Below the pieces are notes generated by a model, which saw nothing but the letters and a program-made list of their open reading frames with translations, ran no database searches and was not told where the DNA came from. Shown piece after piece: positions 40,361-50,049 of a DNA stretch of 55,525 nt. Positions within the stretch are counted from its first letter, which is position 1, and every line of letters begins with the position of its first letter. A program made the position numbers and the translations under genes. Source of the stretch: Candidatus Rifleibacteriota bacterium (GTDB lineage Bacteria > Muiribacteriota > UBA6191 > JACPRK01 > JACQZM01); contig JACQZM010000191.1 of assembly GCA_016213885.1 (NCBI GenBank), positions 1 through 55,525 on the forward strand, written 5' to 3'.

Positions 40361-42238
40361 TTGAAGTGCACCGCTAGGTTACTCGTCGCGGCCCTCTTTC
40401 TGAGCTTGGTGCTCGGCGCGGAAGCCGCCCCGGCGAAGAAGAGCAAGAAGAAGAAGGCGCGACCTGCAGTTGCCTGCTCGAAGGTCAAGGCGGGCCCAAG
40501 CGGCCCGTTTGCCGACGTTCCTCCGGGCCACTGGGCCTACGAGGCGATCTCGAAGGCGGTTGGCGCCGGGATCCTCCAGGGCTGGGAGAACAAGTTCCAC
40601 GGAAACAAGGTGGTCAACCGCTACCAGATGGCGGTGATCGTGGCCCGGATGGTCGACCGGATGGGCGTCTGGAAGGCGAACGGCCGGACGATCACCGCCG
40701 AGGACGTGGCCAACCTGGAATCCCTGGTCATCGAGTTCGCCGATGAGCTGGCCATGCTCAACGTGCGGATCAACAAGGCCGAGGACGCCATCGCCGGCAT
40801 CAGGAAGGATCTCGATCTGATCAAGGCGGAGATGGCCAGCGGCGGGGTCAAGTCCGGCATCTCCGGAGTCCTCTCCACGAGGTTCGTCATGACCGGGAAT
40901 GCCTCCCCGGGCTGGAACCCCGGCTCGTTCATCGGTAGCGCCACGATCCCCGACCCGGCCGCCACGCACCCGCTGGTGCGCTACAGGGGCGGATGTTCGT
41001 CGGGCATCGGAACAAGGGCCAATCCGCTGCGGTTCGACAGCCGGAACTTCTTCACCGCCTCCAACTTCTCGGTGTCCATCGACAGACACTACGATCCGCA
41101 CCGCTACTTCCACGCGCAGGTCGATCTGAACTCCGAGGGCCTGCTGGAGGACTTCGCCGTGCAGGCCACGGCCGGCACTGGCCTGCCCACCGCGGGGCGT
41201 GGCGAGAACTTCGCCTCGTCGGCCAGTCAGCTCATGGTGAACGAGGCGTACGCGGTCTGGGAGGACTGGTTCAAGCCCCAGATCAACGGCCGGCTGGGCA
41301 TCTTCGCCCTGCCGATGAACACGGAGGTGAACGGCCCCGGGCGGACCTACCTGTGGACGCTCACCCCGTCGATCGCCAACTCCAAGTGGGAATCGCTCAG
41401 GCCCGTCGGCCTGGACATCTTCCAGGACATCGACTGTGACGAGTTGACGTTCTACGTCGGCTTCTTCACCCCCGGCGAGACCGCGGGCGGCGTCCTCCGG
41501 TCGGGCACCCTCCTCTCGTCGCCGACCCCGTTCGGCGCCACTGCCCAGACCGACCTGAGCGTGAACCCTGCCGGTGCCGGGTTCGGAGCAGGACGGTTCC
41601 CGTCGCCGCTGTTCGGTCCGGCCATGACCGACGGTCCGCGGGGAGTCCAGGGGCAGAGCCTGTCGGCGACCGACATCGGGTTCTACGGCTGCATCGGGAC
41701 CCGACCGACCAAGAAGGCCGACGGGATCCGATGGCACCTGGCCTACTTCGACAGGAACGGCGATCTGAGAGCCGGAACCAACGAGCACATCAGCCAGACC
41801 GACTGGTACGCCTGGCAGGCCTCCGCCAGCTATCAGTGGACCGAGTACCTGCTGCTGGCCCAGTACTACAACGGTATCTCGAAGAACTACAACACGGCGG
41901 ACGGCATCATCGACGCCCGCCGTGGGATCACCACGCCGTTCGTGAACGTGGGCGCGCTGGATACGGACTCCGCGTCGTTCATGTTCCTGTTCAACTGGCA
42001 GTTCTGCCCCAAGGGGGCGACGACGGTGCGGTTCGAGAAGGCGTGGGACGAGACCGGACTGGCCAGGCTCGAAGCCGAGGTCCTGACGTTCGCCTTCAAC
42101 TGGAAGGCGTCGGACCACAGCTGGCTGCAGGCGGAGTACATCACGGGGAACTCCCGAAGCCGCTCCGAGAATGGCTTCCGGAACACCCAGGACATCGAGG
42201 ACGACATGTTCCAGGTCAACTACAAGTTGAACTGGTAG
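40361..42238 (+). CDS. OmpM-like SLH-coiled-coil-beta-barrel, paralogue 3
   Basis: TTG after GGAGG; signal peptide; Lys-rich linker; FADVPPGHWAYEAI...GILQGW...NRYQMA; EFADEL; ends VNYKLNW. Confidence 0.85.
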   Translation: MKCTARLLVAALFLSLVLGAEAAPAKKSKKKKARPAVACSKVKAGPSGPFADVPPGHWAYEAISKAVGAGILQGWENKFHGNKVVNRYQMAVIVARMVDRMGVWKANGRTITAEDVANLESLVIEFADELAMLNVRINKAEDAIAGIRKDLDLIKAEMASGGVKSGISGVLSTRFVMTGNASPGWNPGSFIGSATIPDPAATHPLVRYRGGCSSGIGTRANPLRFDSRNFFTASNFSVSIDRHYDPHRYFHAQVDLNSEGLLEDFAVQATAGTGLPTAGRGENFASSASQLMVNEAYAVWEDWFKPQINGRLGIFALPMNTEVNGPGRTYLWTLTPSIANSKWESLRPVGLDIFQDIDCDELTFYVGFFTPGETAGGVLRSGTLLSSPTPFGATAQTDLSVNPAGAGFGAGRFPSPLFGPAMTDGPRGVQGQSLSATDIGFYGCIGTRPTKKADGIRWHLAYFDRNGDLRAGTNEHISQTDWYAWQASASYQWTEYLLLAQYYNGISKNYNTADGIIDARRGITTPFVNVGALDTDSASFMFLFNWQFCPKGATTVRFEKAWDETGLARLEAEVLTFAFNWKASDHSWLQAEYITGNSRSRSENGFRNTQDIEDDMFQVNYKLNW

Positions 42239-42453
42239 CGGCTCGACAAGGCGCTGCCTCAAGAGCGCCCGGTCCGCGGCCCTCGGGTCGCTGGCCGGGC
42301 GCTCCGGTTTCGTGGGCGGCCATCGGACCACCGCCATGACGCGGCCGGGCCCACATTATGTGGAACATCCGGCACTTTGCCAGGTCCTTTTACAGAGGGT
42401 TCTTGTGCCTGCCCAGAGGTCAGAAACCCTGATCTGAAGCGGGTTTTGCGGCC

Positions 42454-42482
42454 TTGACAACCCCGAGGGTCGATGATATAGT
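42454..42482 (+). promoter_or_regulatory. Near-consensus sigma70 promoter upstream of pilB
   Basis: TTGACA (42454-59), 17-nt spacer, TATAGT (42477-82) with TG extension. Confidence 0.75.
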
Positions 42483-42623
42483 CATAGATGGCGGTTCAGT
42501 GGCTTCCCATCAGGTTTTCCGCGGGTTCCTTGGGACCCGGAGACTCCCCCCCGATCCCCTCCCAGGTCCCGCGAGAAGACGCACGGTCGGTCTGACCACG
42601 ACCGGTCACCCCTAAGGAGACAG

Positions 42624-44369
42624 ATGACCACTACCCAGAGAATTGCCAAGATGAAGCTGGGGGAGGCGCTCATCGCCAACGGCTTCATCAACCAGGAGCA
42701 GCTCAAGGAGGCCATCGCACGCCAGAAGCAGACCGGCAAGCGACTCGGACAGATCCTCATCGAGATGAGGGTCGTGACCGAGCGGGACATCACAGAAGTC
42801 CTGTCCAAGCAGCTCAACGTCCCGTTCATCGACCTGTCGAACTACATCATCGACCCGGCGATCGCCAAGCTGGTGCCGGAGCACATCGCCCAGCGACACC
42901 AGCTGATCCCGATCAACAAGGTGGGCAACAAGCTCACCGTGGCGATGGTGGACCCGCTGAACGTCCTGGCCGTGGACGACATCCAGCTCATGACGGGGCT
43001 TCAGGTGAAGGCGGTGGTGGCCACCCCGTCTGACGTGCAGAAGGCCCTGCAAGACACCTACGGCGCCCATTCCCAGCTCGACAAGGTGTTCGACGACATC
43101 GCCGGGACCGACATCGCCAAGGAAGCTGCCAGCGCAGAGGACCTCGAGTCTTTCGGAGAGCTGGGCGAGAACGACGCTCCGATCATCCGGCTGGTGAACC
43201 TCATCATCACCCAGGCCGTCAATATCGGGGTTTCCGACATCCACATCGAACCCTACGAGAAGGAGCTGAGGGTCAGGTACCGCAAGGACGGAGTGCTCTA
43301 CACGGAGATGACCCCTCCCAAGAAGGCCCAGGCAGCCATCACGAGCCGCGTGAAGATCATGTCCTCCCTGGACATCGCGGAGAAGCGGCTCCCCCAGGAC
43401 GGTCGTATCAAGCTGAAGGTGAACAACCGCGGCATCGACCTCAGGGTATCGGTCCTGCCCACCGCCTGGGGCGAGAAGGTGGTCATGCGGATCCTCGACC
43501 AGGCGGGCCTCCGGGTGAACCTCGAGGACCTGGGGTTCGAGCCCGCCACGTACGAGCGGTTCAAGGACGGCATCAAGACCCCGTACGGCATCATCCTGGT
43601 GACCGGACCCACCGGATCGGGCAAGACCACCACGCTCTACTCCGCCCTCACGACGCTCAACGAGATCAGGGTGAACATCCTGACCGCAGAAGACCCGATC
43701 GAGTACCAGCTCCACGGAGTCAACCAGGTGCAGTGCAAGCCGGAGATCGGGCTCACGTTCGCGGCGGCGCTCCGGTCTTTCCTGCGGCAAGACCCGGACA
43801 TCATCATGGTGGGAGAGATCCGCGACTACTAGACCGCGGAGATCGCCATCAAGGCCTCCATGACCGGCCACCTGGTGCTGTCGACGCTCCACACGAACGA
43901 CGCGCCCTCCACGGTGGGCCGGTTGCTGGACATGGGCGTCGAGGCTTTCATGGTCACCTCCTCGGTCATCTTGATCCAGGCCCAGCGGCTGGTCCGCACC
44001 TGCTGCAAGGACTGCAAGAAGGAGCTGAAGCCGAAGAAAGAGGTGGTGGACAGCCTCGGGATCAACACGGAGCTGCTGCGCCGCCTCGACCTCCCTCACA
44101 TCGACGAGAAGAACCTCAAGTTCTTCAAGGGTGAAGGGTGCGACACCTGCAACCGCGACGGCTACAAGGGTCGCATGGGCGTGTACGAGGTCATGAAGAT
44201 GTCCGAGAACGTCCGCCAGTGCATCTTGAAGGGCGGATCCACCACGGACGTCTTCCGCCTGGCCAAGTCGGAGGGGATGCTCACCCTGCGTGAGTCGGCC
44301 CTCCGGAAGGCGCTCCTGGGAGTCACCACCGTGGAAGAGGTGGTCCGGGTCACCGCCGCCGACCGGTAG
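42624..44369 (+). pseudogene. pilB: Type IV pilus assembly ATPase PilB interrupted by an in-frame TAG at 43830-43832
   Basis: MshEN-like KLGEALIANGFI...RLGQIL; SDIHIEP; RLPQDGRI; GPTGSGKTT; EDPIEY; [40 protein letters not shown] continues in the same frame. Confidence 0.95.
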
Positions 44370-44391
44370 AACCGGGGAGCGGACCGGCCAT

Positions 44392-44575
44392 CCAGGATCC
44401 CGCACCCGTTTCGCAGGGCTTGGGCTGTGATCACCCTCTTGGCCGGATCGAGGCTCACGAAGGAAGTGGAGGGGATCCGGTTGGAGTCGCACTCGGGAGA
44501 GAGAAAGAGGAGAGGATCAGGTTGAAGGTCGCGCTCGGGGGCGCGACTCGGATCCGGCGAGACGCCGGATCTGGC
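44392..44575 (+). repeat. Modular intergenic repeat, copy 4 (diverged A-B-B-C)
   Basis: CCAGGATCCC...TGTGATCA..., two B modules, hairpin GATCCGGCG-AGA-CGCCGGATC (44551-44571). Confidence 0.85.
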
Positions 44576-44584
44576 AGAGCCGCC

Positions 44585-44614
44585 TTGTGCGAGCGCTCCT
44601 CGAACGGGTAGAAT
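44585..44614 (+). promoter_or_regulatory. Possible sigma70 promoter for pilT
   Basis: TTGTGC, 18-nt spacer, TAGAAT, just after the repeat. Confidence 0.45.
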
Positions 44615-44803
44615 CTCTGAACCGGAGAGAGCGGGCATCGGCGGCCCAGGGAGACGGGCCGGGACCGGCTCGTGCCGTCCCGGGGCATCCCCCGCGCTCA
44701 CCCTCCGGTATCTGGCTGGGCATCGCGGACCAGCGCCGGGTCTTCAGAGGAGTTTCCGCAGACAGCGTACCAACCACCAGCCGAGAGCAGGGAGAGACCA
44801 GGA

Positions 44804-45862
44804 ATGTTCGTTCTGAACGATCTCCTCAATCTGGTAGTCGACAACGACGCATCGGACCTTCACCTGACCGTCGGGACGCCACCGATCATCCGCGTCGACG
44901 GAGACCTGATCCCGACCGACCTGGACGTTCTGACGCCCATGGACACGCGCAGCCTCATCTACAACATGCTCACCGCGGAGCAGCAGAAGGCGTTCGAGAA
45001 AGACCTCGAGCTGGACATCAGCTACTCCGTGCACGGGTTCGGTCGGTTCCGCGTGAACGTCTACAAGCAGCGCGGCTGCATCGCTGCCGCATTCCGGATC
45101 ATTCCCTCGAAGATCCCGACCCTGGAGGAGCTGAAGCTCTCGCCGGTCATCCAGGAGTTCTCGAAGCTTCACAAGGGGCTGGTGTTGATCACGGGGCCCA
45201 CCGGGTCCGGAAAGTCCACGACGCTGGCGGCCCTGATCGACCTGATCAACGAGACCCGTCGGTGCCACATCGTCACGATCGAGGACCCGATCGAGTACCT
45301 GCACTACCACAAGAAGTCGATCATCAATCAGCGGGAGCTCCACGTCGACACCCACTCGTTCCCCAACGCCTTGAAGCACGTCCTCAGAGAAGACCCCGAC
45401 GTGATCCTGGTCGGTGAAATGCGAGACCTGGAGACGATCGAGACGGCGCTCACCCTGGCAGAGACCGGCCACCTCGTGTTCGGTACGCTGCACACCACCG
45501 ATGCGGCCCAGACGATCAACCGCGTGGTGGACGTGTTCCCGCCCCACCAGCAAGGGCAGGTGAGAACGCAGCTGTCGTTCGTGCTGCGAGCCGTGGTGGC
45601 GCAGCAGCTTCTCCAGACCGCATCCGGCAAGGGCCGGGTCGTCTGCGAGGAGATCCTGATCGTCAATCCGGCGGTCCAGAACATCGTCCGGGAGCAGAAG
45701 ATCCAGCAGCTGTACACGGTCATGCAGACCGGTCAGAGTCTGGGCATGAAGACGTTCGAACAGTCGCTCAGGGACCTCTACTCCAGGGGCGAGATCACCT
45801 ACCAGGAGGCCATGGTTCACACGTCCAGACCGGATGAGCTGGCACGGATGCTGAAAGGTTAG
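44804..45862 (+). CDS. pilT: Type IV pilus retraction ATPase
   Basis: ASDLHL, RFRVNVY, GPTGSGKSTT, EDPIEY, REDPDVILVGEMRD, ETGHLVFGTLHT, AIRNLIRE-like AVQNIVRE. Confidence 0.95.
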   Translation: MFVLNDLLNLVVDNDASDLHLTVGTPPIIRVDGDLIPTDLDVLTPMDTRSLIYNMLTAEQQKAFEKDLELDISYSVHGFGRFRVNVYKQRGCIAAAFRIIPSKIPTLEELKLSPVIQEFSKLHKGLVLITGPTGSGKSTTLAALIDLINETRRCHIVTIEDPIEYLHYHKKSIINQRELHVDTHSFPNALKHVLREDPDVILVGEMRDLETIETALTLAETGHLVFGTLHTTDAAQTINRVVDVFPPHQQGQVRTQLSFVLRAVVAQQLLQTASGKGRVVCEEILIVNPAVQNIVREQKIQQLYTVMQTGQSLGMKTFEQSLRDLYSRGEITYQEAMVHTSRPDELARMLKG

Positions 45863-46033
45863 CCCGGACAGGTTATCATTCAATTGATGGAACGGTTTGG
45901 CCCCCAGACCGGTCCCAGGCATACGACGCTCGATCAGGTAGCGGTTGTTGGCTCCATCTCGACGCTGTCGACTCCGGACGAGGTGACGGCGTTGCGTTGG
46001 CTCGTGGCCGATCTTGGCCGGGAGGCGTGATTC

Positions 46034-47239
46034 ATGCCCACCTTTATGGTCAGATCCCGTAACTGGGAAGGCAAAGTCGTCACCAACGAGCTGGAGGGCG
46101 AGAGCAAAGACGTCGTCGTAGCCAAGCTTCGCGAGAAGGGCTTCTTCGTCACCTCCATCACCGAGAAGAAGGCCGGCAAGGGCCTGCCTTTCCTGGGCGG
46201 CGGCAGAGTCTCCTCCAAGGAGGTCGCCATCTTCGCCCAGATGTTCTCGGTGATGATCGGCTCCGGCGTGCCCCTGGTCCGATGTCTGTCGATTCTCCAG
46301 GTCCAGCTGGAGAACCCCGCCTTCGCCAAGATGGTCGGCCAGATCCGGACCGCCGTGGAAGAGGGGTCGACGTTCTCGGCTGCGCTGGGGAAGCATCCCA
46401 AGGCGTTCGACAACCTCTTCGTCAACCTGGTCAAGGCCGGAGAGGCCGGCGGTATCCTGGACAAGATCCTCCAGCGACTGGCCGGTTACCTGGAGAAGTC
46501 GGAGGAGCTCAAGGCCAAGGTGAAGGGCGCCCTGACCTACCCGGTGGTGGTCCTGGCGATCGCCGCCATCGTCGTCCTCGCCTTGGTCATGTTCGTGCTG
46601 CCACAGTTCAAGTCGATCTTCAACTCCATGAACGTGGAGTTGCCGGCCGTGACCAAGGCGCTGCTGGCTTTCTCCGACATCATGCAAGAGTGGTGGTGGA
46701 TCATCATTCCCTGCCTGCTGCTCATCCCGATGTCGATCGCCCAGTTCTTCAAGTCGCCGCAGGGGCAACGGGTCTTCGACTCCAACATCCTGAGAGTACC
46801 GGTCCTCGGGATGATGATGAGAAAGGTGGCCGTGGCCCGGTTCACCCGGACGCTGGGCACCATGATCGCATCCGGCGTGCCGATCTTGCAGGCGCTGGAG
46901 GTGACGGCTGCCACGGCCGGCAACGTGATCATCAAGGAGGCCGTGGACCGGACCCGGATCTCGATCCGCGAGGGCGAATCGATCGCGGATCCGCTGAAGA
47001 CCTCCGGGGTGTTCCCGCCGATGGTGGTCCAGATGATCTCCGTCGGTGAGGAGACCGGCGAGCTGGACAAGATGCTCATGAAGATCGCCGAGTTCTACGA
47101 CACCGAAGTGGACGCGGCGGTCAAGGGCCTCACGTCGGTCATCGAGCCGATCGTCATCGTGTTCATGGGTCTGGTCATCGGCGGCATCGTTCTCGCCGTG
47201 TTCATGCCCATGTTGAAGCTGATCAACAACGTCGGCTGA
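46034..47239 (+). CDS. pilC: Type IV pilus platform protein (T2SSF family)
   Basis: SGVPL, AGEAGGIL, ALTYP, SGVPIL, VGEETGELDKML, IEP; three TM segments. Confidence 0.95.
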   Translation: MPTFMVRSRNWEGKVVTNELEGESKDVVVAKLREKGFFVTSITEKKAGKGLPFLGGGRVSSKEVAIFAQMFSVMIGSGVPLVRCLSILQVQLENPAFAKMVGQIRTAVEEGSTFSAALGKHPKAFDNLFVNLVKAGEAGGILDKILQRLAGYLEKSEELKAKVKGALTYPVVVLAIAAIVVLALVMFVLPQFKSIFNSMNVELPAVTKALLAFSDIMQEWWWIIIPCLLLIPMSIAQFFKSPQGQRVFDSNILRVPVLGMMMRKVAVARFTRTLGTMIASGVPILQALEVTAATAGNVIIKEAVDRTRISIREGESIADPLKTSGVFPPMVVQMISVGEETGELDKMLMKIAEFYDTEVDAAVKGLTSVIEPIVIVFMGLVIGGIVLAVFMPMLKLINNVG

Positions 47240-47260
47240 GCCGACACCGCAGCGACCCGA

Positions 47261-47305
47261 GGGCCCGGTCCGGCCTCTCCCGAGGCGATCGCGACCGGGC
47301 CTTTC
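47261..47305. terminator. Hairpin between convergent pilC and TMTC-like gene
   Basis: GGCCCGGTC...GACCGGGCC followed by TTT. Confidence 0.45.
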
Positions 47306-47325
47306 GCTGTCCTCCGGCTCCAGGT

Positions 47326-49024
47326 CTATCGAACGGTCTCCGGTGGGCGCCCCACGAGGCTCCGTCTCAGCACCGGCAACCTGGGATCCTCCGGATTTTC
47401 CCGGATCAGGGCATCGACCAGGCCGAGCGCCCTGGCGACCTCCCTGCGTCGCAGGTAGATCTGGGCCAGATTGACCCCAGACGCCACGTCATGACGATCC
47501 AGCGCCATGGCCTCTTCGAGGTGGGGAGTCGCCCGGTCCGGCTCGCCCCGCTTGAGATAGAGAAACGCCAGGTTGGCGGCCAGACGCGGCAGGTCCGCCC
47601 GGATCCGCCGCGCCTCCAGAAGGGCCGGTTCGGCCGCATCCAGGTGGCCTAGCAAGAGCCGCGCCCGTCCCAGGCCCAGGAGGAACTCCGGCGGGGTGTA
47701 GCGCTGCTCCCTGGCCAGCGCCAGCGCCAGCTCGAATCGTGAGCACGCCTCTCCGGGCTCGCCCTGGGCCAGGAGCACCTGGGCCAGGTTCCCCTGGGCG
47801 ACCGGCCAGCGGTCGTTCACCCGGACCTGGTGGCTCCAGAGCGACCTGGCGTCCCGCCAGGGCGGCAGGTTCACCACGAGCAAGGCCCCGTACATGAGCA
47901 AGAGACCGACCAGCACCACCGGGGAGGCCCGGGAGGGGCGGCCGGTGCGGGGAACGAGGAACCGGGCGATCCCCAGGCACGCGGCAGCGCTGGGCAGGTA
48001 CAGGTACCGCTCCTGGATCAGGTTCGTCCCCGGCCGGGTCAGGTTCAGGGTCAGCGGGGCGAGGAGCAGCAGCAGGCAAACGCTCCACACCCATCGTCAG
48101 CGTCGCCACGATCTCGTGGGCCGGCGGCGGGGGCCCCTGGCCCAGACGGGCCACCGAGTAGTCCAGGCGGCTGGTGCCACAGCCGACCAGGTGGGCGGCT
48201 GTCTGGGTGCCGAGCGCCCAGGCACACCGGACGACCTGGGCGCCGGGCGAGCTCATGAGCTGATGTGCGAGGCCGGTCGGCACGCTGCCCACCACGACGG
48301 TGCGGATCGCGAGCCACGCGAGAGCGCAGGCCGAGAGAGCGGCGAACACGACGAGCCACCGGCGTGGGGCCGGGTCGGGCGACCGCGCCGGACTCGCCCC
48401 TCCCGGGGCCCGCCAGCCAGCCAGCCAGCCATGGGCCAGAACGACCACGGGCAGAACGATGACCGATTCCTTGGAGAGGAGCGCCCCGGCGAAGGCGAGG
48501 ACCGAAGCGGCCAGGTACGAGCTCCCCCTGGTCAGCGCTCCCAACGCCAGGATCCAGGTCCCCAGGGCCAGAGCCGTGGACAGGAGGTCTGCCCGGGCGC
48601 TGATCCAGCAGATCGCCTCGGCGTGGGCCGGGTGCAGAGCGAACAGCAGGCCCGTTGCCAGAGCGACTCGACGCCGCTGCCCAAGCGACAGCGCCCAGAT
48701 CCCCACGAGCAGGGAGCAGCAGCCGTGGAGCAGGGCGTTGGTGACGTGTCCTCCACCGGGACCGGGGCCGGAGAGTGTCCGATCCGAAGCGTAGGTGAGC
48801 ATGGTGAGAGGCCTGTAGAACGGATACCCTCTTCCCATCCATCTCTCGAGGGAGCCGGTGAGCAGCCGGCCGGTCCCGCCCGGCTCGGCGAGATCGCGAT
48901 TCTGGACGATCAGGCCGAAGTCGTCATGGACGAAACCGAAGGTGTGGGTCTGCCAGGCCACGGCGATACCGACCAGCAGCGGGGCGACGACGGCCAGAGC
49001 CTTGAATCGGTCGGGGTTCGGCAT
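47326..49024 (-). pseudogene. TMTC-like GT-C glycosyltransferase with C-terminal TPRs, frameshifted near 48092
   Basis: FVHDD, YRPL, HPAHAEAICWISARADL, SKE in frame 1; ERYLYLP, W..ARSLW and TPRs in frame 2. Confidence 0.85.
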
Positions 49025-49118
49025 GGGGGTGGGGCCAGCGTCCGCCGGAGCAGATCGCGGGCTGGCGATCACAGAGCCTATCATCGCTGCGGCGGCCGAT
49101 CAACCGGTCGCCGGGACC

Positions 49119-49376
49119 AAGACCCGGCGCCTCGCCGGGTCCGAGTCGCCAGACCCGGCGCCTCGCCGGGTCCGAGTCGCGCCCCCGAGCGCGACCTCAA
49201 TCCGGATCCCCTCCTCTTTCTTCTCCCTCCCGAGCGCGACCTCAATCCGGATCCCCTCCTCTTCCCTTCCCCCGAGCGCGACCTCAAAGGAATCCCCTCC
49301 ACTTCGTTGATGACTCTGCAGCCAGGCCGAGGCCTGATCACAGGCCCGACTCCGCGAACCAGGTGGAGGATCCGGG
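49119..49376 (-). repeat. Modular intergenic repeat, copy 5 (A-B'-B-B-C-C)
   Basis: Reverse complement of the same modules; hairpins at 49121-49141 and 49152-49172; three B-type units. Confidence 0.92.
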
Positions 49377-49572
49377 CGGCCGCTGGCCCTGTCAATCGAG
49401 GCCTCGTGGTTCGAGGGTCCGGAACGTTCGAAAAAAAAGAAGAAAGGCTGAACCGTATCCCCCCTGACCCGTCTTTCCGATACAGTTGAGCAGAATCGGG
49501 ATATTGCGTGCCCCATCTCGATTTGCTAAGATTGGCGTTACTCAGATCTCGAAAGGAGGTGAAAGAAAAGAA

Positions 49573-49944
49573 ATGAGGTACTTCAATCGACCGACCCGGC
49601 GCCAGGGCTTCACCCTGATTGAACTCATGATCGTCATCGCCATCATCGGAGTTCTGGCAGCCATCGCAGTTCCCAACTTCAAGGCCGCTCGCGAGCGCGC
49701 CAACACGCGCGCCTGCTACGCCAACCAGAAGACGGTGGCCGGCGCCATCGAAATGTACAACCTGGACAAGAATACCAAGCGAACCGTCCTGGAAAGCAGT
49801 CTGTGGACCTCGCTGAAGTCCGGCGGCTACCTGCAGTCGATCCCGCAGGACCCCGGCCAGGGCAGCGGCTCTTCTTCGCAGTATCAGTGGACGAGCAACG
49901 GCAACGGCATCAAGTGCAGCAGCCACGGCTACATCCAGAACTAG
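49573..49944 (+). CDS. pilA: Type IV major pilin candidate
   Basis: Strong SD AAAGGAGGT; class III signal peptide MRYFNRPTRRQG|FTLIELMIVIAIIGVLAAIAVPNF; two Cys; own terminator. Confidence 0.9.
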   Translation: MRYFNRPTRRQGFTLIELMIVIAIIGVLAAIAVPNFKAARERANTRACYANQKTVAGAIEMYNLDKNTKRTVLESSLWTSLKSGGYLQSIPQDPGQGSGSSSQYQWTSNGNGIKCSSHGYIQN

Positions 49945-49971
49945 GCCGGAGCTAGCAGCGCTTGCTGGTCG

Positions 49972-50018
49972 CCGGGTCCAGATGGACTTGAATGGCCACT
50001 GGACCCGGTTTTTCGTTT
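49972..50018 (+). terminator. Intrinsic terminator after the pilin
   Basis: CCGGGTCCAG...CTGGACCCGG followed by TTTTTCGTTT. Confidence 0.8.
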
Positions 50019-50049
50019 GTTCCGGATCCGGCGCGTCTCGATCGGCCCG

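Noticed and set aside
43830-43832. Genome-wide TAG reassignment
   Set aside because: TAG is the normal stop of many intact genes here (e.g. those ending at 9582, 18322, 21286, 30846, 37276, 49944).
49119-49320. Tandem B and C modules as a CRISPR array
   Set aside because: Linkers are only ~7-10 nt and low-complexity rather than unique spacers, the units recur as a dispersed family, and no cas genes are present.
49440-49560. Sigma54 promoter for the pilin
   Set aside because: No correctly spaced TGGCAC-N5-TTGC (-24/-12) motif found.
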